Of a DNA stretch of 64,000 nt, positions 54,245 to 64,000 are shown in pieces (within the stretch, counting starts at the first letter, position 1; each line of letters begins with the position of its first letter). The notes under the pieces were generated by a model. That model had not been told where the DNA came from, did not search any database, and worked only from the letters and a program-made list of their open reading frames with translations. This DNA is from the human T2T-CHM13v2.0 reference genome, Homo sapiens: NCBI RefSeq assembly GCF_009914755.1, contig NC_060927.1; one strand, 5' to 3'. The translations under genes and the position numbers were made by a program.

Positions 54245-54772
54245 GTGAAAGGGAAAAAAGGATGGGGGGACACTAGTTAAAGGCTGTAAAGACAGATTTT
54301 CTTCAGCACTGTTGCAACGGGAGAAAGTGAATTCGATATAGAGCTGAACTCAGTTCCAAATACAGCAAAGAAAGCTGGGGATTAGTAGTCAATGAAGAGA
54401 GTGAGGGGGTCCATGGTTGGAAAATTACTAAGGGGAAACACCAAGGGGCATCCTTGCTAAACTGACCAATCAGGATTCTTGTTACAGGCAGCCAAGGACT
54501 TACATATCAAGGGTAGGGGATAAAGAACTTGATCAGATATCAAGGGTATTTCAAGGCCACTCTTGAATCAAAAAAAAAAAAAAAAAAAAAAGAAAGAAAG
54601 AAAGAAAGAAAAGAAAAAGAAAGCAAAATCAAGGGTGATCAGATATCAAGGCGGGGGGATTCCTGCTAAACTGACCAGATGGGCCAAAGACAAGGCCCAA
54701 GGACAAGGTCTAGTTGAAAAGAGAGCTCAGAGTAACCTGACAACACTTTGGTCAAGAAGAGAGTCTTTGTCA
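54245..54772 (-). mobile_element. Solo LTR (MER31/MER67-like), interrupted by a short A-tailed insertion
   Basis: The minus strand starts TGACAAAGACTCTCTTCTTGACCAAA and has internal CCCTTGATATCTGATCA repeats. Confidence 0.7.
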
Positions 54773-55878
54773 ATGGCCACCGATAAGTATACAAATTTTA
54801 CTTATATTGGTGAAATATGAGTTAGTTCTAGAAATAGGTAGAGAAATAATACTGGAAAGATGAGCCATTAAAAGTAATATTATAAAGTCTAAACCATTAT
54901 TAATAATTTCATCAATGTGAATAATAAATAACAAAACCCAAGAGGCGAATTTGTACATGACTTAATTCTTTTTTTTTTTTTGTTATTCTGTCTCATCTTC
55001 CCCAAGTTAGATCAAATTTCAGGTATGAAGCAACTCAACTAATCTTTCCCCACTTTCAGCAGGCAGTTTCTCACTTGCCATATGCACAGCCCGTGAATGA
55101 TGCTGAAGTTTGTGTCTGGATCAGCAGAACAGTGTTTCTCCTTTAAAGCGTGACAGATCAGCTTTCTGTTGACACCCAGTGCCCACAGGGTGATGAGGTT
55201 CCAGCAATCCCTGCCTTTTTCTCCCCGTCTGCTAAGAGAAATTCTGACACTGCCCCTCAGGATTGGATTATTCTTCCCACCATGGATCTAATTCAGATTG
55301 ACATTGGGAAGTATGGGAGAGATGGAAACAGGGGCTTTACAGCAGAAAGGGCCCCAGGTTTACTGAGGACTGACTGCAAGAAGTAGGGGGAGCTAAATGG
55401 AAAAAAGTCCCTTTGGATTATGAGTTCTCAGAGAGTATGGCTGGAGAGTTGAGAGCAGGACTGAAGAGTGAGTCTCCTGGAGCAGGCAAGAGATGCCACG
55501 CAAGAGAAATGAGGTGTGAGGACTTCTCAGATGTGGTGCTGAGGGTTGTAAATTAGACCTCTTCATATTCTTTAGGAGATGCAAGAAAAAAATTATAATG
55601 ATTTTTAAATGTTACTGGATTGTAGGATTGTGTTTCTTATAAGAAAACCTTGCCTTGAGGCTGGCTGTACTCTGAGAGGCCTGACTCCTATGAAAGTTAC
55701 ATTGAGAATCCTTGAGTTTGGGGTGCAAAGCTGAGTGCTAGGTCCCTTTAACATTTACAATATAGCAATGAGGCGGCTTCAGTTTCTGAACTGAACCCGG
55801 TGGAGGTAAATTGATTCCACTCCTCTGAAAGCTAGCTTGAATGCGGTGACGGTTCTCTCAATTCTTCTCAAGAGAGCA

Positions 55879-55884
55879 TATAAG
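55879..55884 (+). promoter_or_regulatory. TMPRSS7: Candidate TATA-like box for TMPRSS7
   Basis: CATATAAGGGG about 60 nt upstream of the ATG at 55940. Confidence 0.4.
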
Positions 55885-55939
55885 GGGCAAAAACTGGCTT
55901 TGAGACACCCCTGGATGATCACACACAAAACGCCTAATA

Positions 55940-55987
55940 ATGGACAAAGAAAACAGCGATGTTTCAGCCGCACCTGCTGACCTGAAA
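55940..55987 (+). CDS. TMPRSS7: TMPRSS7 (matriptase-3) coding exon 1
   Basis: ATG gives MDKENSDVSAAPADLK. Donor AAA|GTAAGT. Phase 0 joins exon 2 in frame. Confidence 0.85.
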
Positions 55988-57370
55988 GTAAGTACAGGGT
56001 GAGAAACTTTCTCTTACTTGAATGCCATTTATTGTTGACCCTGTTAGTAAAATGAGATTGTATGACCTTATAAACATAAAGGAAACAATAATAAAATATT
56101 TTATCTTCTTATGGTAATTAATGGGTTTTACAAATGTGAGCTTATTATAAAGTGCTGTACTTGGCAATTGATTTGTAGCCGTTTTTCTAAAACTCCAGGG
56201 AAATTGTACTGATCTCTACACAAATTCCATTTTAAAATTTAATCAGTGCTAACTGAGACTGCCTATAATGTGTTTCTGCACTTAAAAGATCCAAACTTGG
56301 CTTTGTCAGTTCAACATGTACTGGCATTTCTGCGTGTTTCTTTATTTCTTTTGGGGGAGCACTTGAAAGTAGCTTGATACCATCGACAACTCATTCTACA
56401 ATGGAATGTTTCTCTCTTTAGAAACCCAGTCCTCATTCCTGCAGGACACCACATTAAATGATGTCTGGTCTAGTTCAATTTCACCAGAAAGGATACAAGC
56501 AACACTTCACTCCAGGGGTTGACAAGGTGTTTGGCAAAAAGAATGAAGGGGCCATGAATAATTCAGAGTGTACGTGGCCACGTATTATCCCATTAATTGG
56601 CAAGATTAAAGACTGGAGGGCATGAATTTTGAAGAGAAGAGTGAGGGAGAGGAAAAGAGAAGGAGAGAACTCTTAAGGACAGTGCAAAAGAGAGATTATT
56701 TCTTTGGCATTGGCATTCCATATTGTTGCCTTTAAAAGAATGTGTGGTTAAAAGCTATTTCGTCTCTGGAGTTTAGTTACCCTGACTTGTATAAATCTCT
56801 CCTTAAATGAAGCTAAACTCTTGAATACATTATTAAAGAATTCACAGCATCAAATAGCAGAGGGTAGACAAGAAAATAAAAGAGGAGGAAGGGAAACAAT
56901 TAAATAATGTATTTTTTACTCTTGCACATAACACTATGCACATCAATACACTTAAACCAACAATTTTCTAATCTAATGAGTGTTCTATTTCATTCTTCCA
57001 TTTACTTTTAAATAATTATTTCATTTATAATTGAGAAACTGTGGCTGGCAATGGCAGCGGCTGGCAATGGCAAAACAAACATATTTAATTCCTATAAACC
57101 CACAACCCTACAACCGTATGTAAACACACATGCTTTACGAACAATTTGTGCAGTTACAAATTGCACAAATTTGTACAATCTATGCAAATTATCATATCAC
57201 CTTTACTTTTCCTTCCTACCACCCAGTCATGAAGCTGTAACTAGGAAATCAATTCATTTCTGTGGGGAACTCACTTATCTTCTTATTTTCAATCCTGCAT
57301 CAGCCCAGAAATGATTGATTGTGAGAGAAAAACAATATAATACAAACATGTGAAACACACACATATACTA

Positions 57371-57705
<335 letters not shown>

Positions 57706-57839
57706 CTACCCACATAGAATCTTAACCTTAACCTCCTAACCTTCAAGTCCTCTAATCTACTTTACCCCATGAAATTCAGGCCTCTCCTCCACAGCATCTA
57801 TTCAACAGAGTTGGAGAGTTGAGGAAAGAACCTAGAAAC

Positions 57840-58927
57840 TGTTGCGGGAAGTCAGCGACCCTGAATGGAGGGAATTGCTGAAGCCATGGCAGAAGAACAT
57901 AAATTGTGAAGATTTCACGGACATTTATTGGTTCCCTAAATTAATACTTTCATAATTTCTTACGCCTGTCTTTACTGCAGTCTCTGAACATAAATTGTGA
58001 AGAGTTCATGGACATTTATCATTTCCCCAATCAATACTCTCATAATTTCCTATGACTGTCTTTACTTTAATCTCTTAATCCCGTCATCTTTGTAAACTGA
58101 GGATGTATGTCGCCTCAGGACCCTGTGATGATTGCGTTAACTGCACAAATTGTTCGTAAAGCATGTGTGTTTGAACAATATGAAATCTGGGCACCTTGAA
58201 AAAAGAACAGGATAACAGCAATGTTCAGGGAACAAGGGAGATAACCATTGGGTCTGACTGCCATGCAGGACAGAGCCATATTTCTCTTATTGCCAAAAAT
58301 GGGTAAGAGAAATATCGCTAAATTCTTTCCCCAGTAAGGAATATTAATAATTAACAGCCCTGGGAAAAGAAAGCATTCCCAGGAAGAGACCTCTAAAATG
58401 GCCGTCTAGGAGTGTCTGCCTTATGCAGTTGCAGATAAGGGATGAAACACACCCTAGTCTCCTGCAGCACCCCCAGGCTTGCTAGGATTAGGAAATTCCA
58501 GGTTGGCGAATTCTAGTCAGACCAGTTCTCTGCTCTTGAACCCTGTTTCCTGCTAAGATGTTTATCAATGACAATGTGTGCCCAGCAGGATGTGGACCTT
58601 CATTAGCAATGCTAGTTTCACCCTGACCTTGTGATCTTGCTCTGACCTTCTGCCTTGTGATATTTTATTGCCTTTGAAGCATGTGATCTCTGTGGCCCAC
58701 ACCCTATTCATACACTACCTCCCCTTTGAAAATCGCTAATAAAAACTTGCTGGTTTTGTGGCTGAGGGGGCATCATGGAACCTGCCGACATGTGATGTCT
58801 TCCCCGGACACCCAGCTTTAAAATTTCTCTCTTTTGTACTCTTTCTCTTTATTTCTCAGACCGGCCGACACTTAGGGAAAATAGAAAAGAACCTACATTG
58901 AAATATCGGGGGCTGGTTCCCCCAATA
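57840..58927 (+). mobile_element. MER11 solo LTR (HERV-K11/HML-8 group) in TMPRSS7 intron 1
   Basis: TGTTGCGGGAAGTCAG start and GGGGCTGGTTCCCCCAATA end, about 1.09 kb. Repeated AACATAAATTGTGAAGA block. AATAAA at 58738. TSD (A)GAAAC. Confidence 0.9.
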
Positions 58928-59165
58928 GAAACCATTTCACTAGGGTTTGTATACAGTAATGTCTAGTTTATCTGATCTTAATTTTGTGACTTGGTGCAAA
59001 TCAAGTTATTATACTTATGTAAATAATTTGATATACTTACATAAATATGAATGCTTAAATAGTCATATTTAGGCCTTTTAGTACCAACATCTCCTGACTG
59101 GGTAGTTTCATTTAAGATCCTGTCTACTTCTACTTGGTAACATATCTTATTTCTTTTTTTTGAAG

Positions 59166-59415
59166 ATATCCAATATCTCAGTCCAAGTGGTCAGTGCCCA
59201 AAAGAAGCTGCCAGTGAGACGACCACCGTTGCCAGGGAGACGACTACCATTGCCAGGAAGACGACCACCACAAAGACCCATTGGCAAAGCCAAACCCAAG
59301 AAGCAATCCAAGAAAAAAGTTCCCTTTTGGAATGTACAAAATAAAATCATTCTCTTCACAGTATTTTTATTCATCCTAGCAGTCATAGCCTGGACACTTC
59401 TGTGGCTGTATATCA
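59166..59415 (+). CDS. TMPRSS7: TMPRSS7 coding exon 2 (basic/Pro-rich cytoplasmic tail and type II transmembrane helix)
   Basis: Acceptor tttttgaag|ATA. Encodes ISNISVQVVSAQKKLPVRRPPLPGRR...KIILFTVFLFILAVIAWTLLWLYI(S). Donor CA|GTAAGT. 250 nt. Confidence 0.93.
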
Positions 59416-59564
59416 GTAAGTTAAAAATCTGTGTTTCTTTGGGGTTAGGGCTTATGGTGTGAGTCCAGCATTAGCAATGCAGCCCTAATCTGCCATAGGT
59501 ATTTCTGATGGGATTTTCCTTTTTCCAATATGGATACACCATTTCCAAAACTGGTGTTGATGGT

Positions 59565-59875
59565 TTTTTATTATTTTGTTTTGAGACAAGGTCTTGCTCT
59601 GTCACCCAGGCTGGAGTGTAGTGGCACAATCACAGCTCACTGCAACCTTGAACTCCTGGGCTCAAGCAATCCTGCTGCCTCAGCCTCCCGAGTAGCTGAG
59701 ACCACAGGTCTATGCCAGCACACCTGGGCTAACTGGCTAACTTTTAAAGTTTGTTGTAGAGACAGAGTTCTCACTATGATGCCCAGGCTGGTCCCAAACT
59801 CCTGTACTCAAACAATCCTCCCACCTTGGCCTTCCAAAGTGCTAGGATTACAGGCGTGAACCATGGTGCCCGGCC
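59565..59875 (-). mobile_element. Alu (AluJ-like)
   Basis: Antisense dimer with GAACTCCTGGGCTCAAGC. TSD TGGTGTTGAT. Confidence 0.88.
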
Positions 59876-60347
59876 TGGTGTTGATATTTTAAGGAGACAT
59901 AAGCCAGAATTCTCTTTCTCATTTCTTTTTTTTTTTTACCAACACCATTTTCTCCCCATAGGAGAGCAAGAGGAGGAGATTGGGGATAGGATGGGAAGAG
60001 CTGAGAAGGATGCTCAGGAGATTTTGACTGGTTCAGAAATGTAATGCATTTGTAGCTTTAAAAAAATTAATGGAATGCTAAGCTGTTTCATTTCCTCATT
60101 CCACCCACCACCTGTTTCTAGGCAACCTTGAATTTCCGGCTCCCTGAGCTCCATTTTGCACATGCATCTTTCTCTCCTCTGTTATTACGTGTTTGTTGAT
60201 CTGACTGATCCTTTTGGACAGGTGTCATAACTAAGCCCTTTCCTATAGAGTTCTCACTTATGCAACACTGCAAGTATAGCCTTTGTTGACTTGTATCGGA
60301 GTTGCCATCTATACATGTTAATGTATTTGATACAAAATCATGCACCA

Positions 60348-61188
60348 TGATATAATGTGAAATACATAGTTATTCTGTGCCCTAGATTTCTGGCTCAGAG
60401 CTTCTAACATTCTGTAACTTCCTGAATGATAGGAGTGATAGGAGCATCTTTTGGTTTATATACATACATTTTGTTATAATATTTGATTGTAGTCCTTAGA
60501 TCCTGACACAGAGCTTCTAAGAATGTCTTTTTGTATATTAACAAAGTGACTGGTGGCTGAAAGCCCCTAGGTAACCAGAGAAACCAACCACATGCTTAGA
60601 GGATTGTAACTTCAAGAGGGGGCTGAAGATTGAGCTTAATCACGAATGCACAATGATTTAAAACTGACCTCTGTAAAAACCAAGGAGCTTCCAGGTTGGT
60701 GAACATATCCAGTTGCTGGGAGGGTGGCATGCTCCAACTCCACAGGGACAGAAGCTCCTACTCTAGAGACCCTTCTGGACCTCGCTGTAGGTACTTCTTC
60801 ATCTGGCTGCTCATCTGTATCCTTTATAATAAAGAAGGAATAGTAAGTAAAGTGTTTCTCTGAGTTCTGTGAGTCATTTTAGCAAATTATGAAACCTGAG
60901 GGCTTTATGAGAACAGCCAATTTGTAGCCAATTTGGACAGCAGTGTGGGTAGCCTGGGGACCTACTACTTCTGATTGGGATCTGCATTGGGGGGCAGTCT
61001 AGTAAGAATGTGCCTTTAACCTTTGGGGTCTGACACGAACTCTTGGTAGCTGGTGTCAGAATTGAATTGAATCATTGGACATCCAGTTGGTGTCTGCAAT
61101 GAATTGGAGAGTTGCTTGGTGTGCGGAACCCCTGCCCCCACCCCCACATTTGGTGACAGAAGTGTTATGGGTAGAGAAACAGTTTTCC
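60348..61188 (+). mobile_element. MER21B/C-like LTR in TMPRSS7 intron 2
   Basis: GAGCTTCCAGGTTGGTGAACA, TGTATCCTTTATAATAAA, GTAAGTAAAGTGTTTC.CTGAGTTCTGTGAG and CACATTTGGTG.CAGAAGTGTT blocks of the MER21 family. Confidence 0.8.
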
Positions 61189-63013
61189 TAGATGTACTCT
61201 CAGAGATATGAAAATCTGATTGGAAGGGAAGACTTTCAGGCAAAGAATGAAGGAATACTGTCTTGAACGGTTCAGGTCACTTATATGCACATAAATTGAT
61301 CACTTGTGATTTGCTTGGCAGAATGTAGGGCATCAAACACACCACGATGCATCTCCTACCTTCAGAAAGCTCACAGATGCATTTTCTACTTTCAGAAAGT
61401 TCAGAGTTCAGTGCTAGAGAGAAGGTGTGAGTTTTTTTGCTTAAGTGATTATCTTGTGATGACAGAAGAAAGACATCCAAATTGCCCAGGGATGGCATCC
61501 AGAGAAGGGTTCATGAACTGGTTCCCGAACATTCATTTGATACATCTTGAGACTGTTCATTATGTGTTGGGTCCTGGGGTAGGCATGGGAGCAGAGTGGT
61601 GAGCAAGATAAGATCTCTGTCCTTGAGGAAACTGGTGGGGAAGTCAAGTCAATGGGCCATTAAGACAAACACACACAACCCCAACCCAGAACAAAGAAGC
61701 TTATTTGCCGTGGTTTCTCTGCTGTTCCCCAGCTGACACATTTGCACTGTCCTAGCATTTTTACATAAAGTTTTAGAACATCCTTGTGCAGATGTAGTTT
61801 GTTGGCTTATAAAAATCAGAGAAGGCCACTTCATGGAAACAGATCAGTACAAGCAAAGGGAGACTGGTATGGACCAGTAAGAATTTTTCAATAGAAATCA
61901 GGTTAGTTTTGATACAGGAAATCTGGGCATGGAGGGTGGCCTTGAAAAAGGAGGTAGACAGAGAAACAGGTAAACAGGGAGACTACGGAGGATCTTGTAC
62001 ATTAGGCTGAACTGAAGAGTTAGGTAAATGTAGTCTGATTGAATGCTAAATTAATTGATCTTTCTTACATGGTTATTGTTCTGACTGTAGAGTACTTACT
62101 GATATGAGAAGGATGCGTGAGCTTCTGGAAAGAAGTCATAGCTTTCATTTGAATTTTAGAGTCTGCAACCAAAAAAAAAAAAAAAAATCTAGGACGCACT
62201 TCCCTGATAAAAATAAAAAAACCAAAAACCAAAAAACAACTGTTGTTTTATATGGTCGGCCTAGAGGCAAGGTGATCAGTCCAAGGTCACATTACCTGAA
62301 AAAACAAATCAAGGACAGGAGTTCAATCCTTCTGCCCCTTACCCCGTGCTTCCTCCTCCCCTCCCCAGCCTCCCTACACTTCCTAGGGCTAAAGTGACCT
62401 TGAATGGATCTTAGAGGGGAAGCTGTTTCCTATCACTCACAGCAGTTGCAAATTCTTTTTAATTCAGCCATCATTTATTTAGCATTTCCATGTGCTGGGC
62501 CTTGTGCTAAGAGGAAATATTCTCTCTCTCTCTTTCTCACTCTTTCTCCCTTTCTCTCCCCCTCTACCCACTTTGTCCCTCCCTTCCTTCCCTCAAATGT
62601 TTATTGAGCTTCAAAGCTAAGCCAGGCACTCCCTGCATTAGGGGCTGAGGAATCAAAATAAATTACCATTTATTCCTTCAGAGAGCCCATAAAGGAGACA
62701 GAGAGAAATTATGATAAAGCAGGGTGTATATGGGCCACAGAAAAGTAACACACAAGGGCCATGAGATCCTTTTAATCTTGCTCTTAAGTATTTGCCAGAG
62801 TGGACAGAAGGAATATTCTGAGATACGGTTATTTGCTGCTGATGAAATAGATGTTGTTACCTACATTTAAAAGTTCACAGGCTCTGAACCAGTTAGTATG
62901 TAGCTGCCTAAAATAAAATTATTTTAGGAGCCTCATACTGACATAGCTCAGACAATTCCTTACTGCCACACAGATGGGAAAGCCTCCGAATCTTGTTCTT
63001 TCCTATTTTACAG

Positions 63014-63144
63014 GTAAGACAGAAAGCAAAGATGCTTTTTACTTTGCTGGGATGTTTCGCATCACCAACATTGAGTTTCTTCCCGAATACCGACAAAAGG
63101 AGTCCAGGGAATTTCTTTCAGTGTCACGGACTGTGCAGCAAGTG
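63014..63144 (+). CDS. TMPRSS7: TMPRSS7 coding exon 3 (start of SEA domain); gene continues beyond the window
   Basis: Acceptor ttttacag|GT. Encodes (S)KTESKDAFYFAGMFRITNIEFLPEYRQKESREFLSVSRTVQQV. Donor GTG|GTGAGG. 131 nt restores phase 0. Confidence 0.93.
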
Positions 63145-64000
63145 GTGAGGCGATGGAGGTAGAGGGTATTAGGGTAGAGTGGGTTTGCGGGGAGGTGGGG
63201 GATGAAGCTGGAGGGGAACACAAGTGTCACAGGTGAGCAGGGTTTAGGGAAGTAGAGGGCAGGGTAGACAAAGGAAGGTGTCAGAAGAAAACATGAAATC
63301 TAGCACATCTTGGCTATAAGATAGAATTTCTCCCCCTGCCCCCATGCTCCAATGTAAAAAAAAGAATGGCTCTCTCAGCTTCAGTTCTTCTGAACCGTAA
63401 AATAAAAGAATTGGAATCAGATGACCTTTAAAATACCTTCCAGTTCTGAAGTTAGATGCATACCGATTAATTCCATTATTGTACACATTTATTTCAACCT
63501 TGATGCCCTGGCAATCTCTTCATTGTAAAAAAATAACTTTCTCATTGTAGAACTAATACATATTTATTATAAAAATTAGCAAAATTCAGATGATTATGTT
63601 TTAAAAACTAACATCTTCTTTAATGTCATCACCGGAGACAAAGCCCCTTTTTATTCTGAAATACACAGACATAGAGAATAGTGCAATATTGGAATATTAT
63701 ATTCAGTTTTATAAACTAACATTTTCTCTTAGCATGCTATTGCATGCTTCTATGCACGTAAATCTTCCTTTAAAAAATATAAGTTACAATAGACTCAAAG
63801 TTAGCAAATCCCTATTTATTGGATGTTTAGGCTGTTCCCAACTTTTGCTATAGATAATGTGACAGCAAAACTGCCACATTCTTTGTGAGTATCTCTGACT
63901 ACTCCCTTAGGTGGTTTCCTAAAAGCATAATTACTTGGACAAATAGAAAAGTATCTATTCATGGCTCTTGGCACATATTACCAACTAGAACGTTGCTGTC

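Noticed and set aside
59147-59462. Antisense 79-aa ORF with RLPGNG repeats and sense read-through past the exon 2 donor
   Set aside because: These are the antisense shadow of the 21-nt coding repeat and simple intron read-through, with no independent support.

Overview
Human-like (primate) genomic DNA that I recognise as the chr3q13.2 ABHD10-TAGLN3-TMPRSS7 locus. It contains three + strand genes. ABHD10 is complete (5 coding exons, 306 aa, GxSxG hydrolase). TAGLN3 is complete (4 coding exons, 199 aa). TMPRSS7 (matriptase-3) is present only as its first three coding exons and runs off the right edge. A TSD-flanked processed riboflavin kinase (RFK) pseudogene of about 3 kb lies on the - strand. 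The rest is intronic and intergenic DNA with about 15 Alus, many ERV/MaLR LTRs (including a nested full-length MSTB element), DNA transposon relics and L1/L2/MIR fragments. Most short ORFs in the track are noise or Alu-derived. I found no multi-gene novel system. The best leads are small: a near-perfect 47-bp fold-back with nested palindromes, a templated inverted insertion and a tailless Alu inside the RFK pseudogene, a 22-nt micro-retroposon, a recursive-splice-like TMPRSS7 exon, LTRs placed to supply a poly(A) site (ABHD10) and a promoter (TMPRSS7), and a long alternative reading frame in the last TAGLN3 exon. Repeat family names come from memory of consensus sequences and need RepeatMasker/Dfam confirmation.
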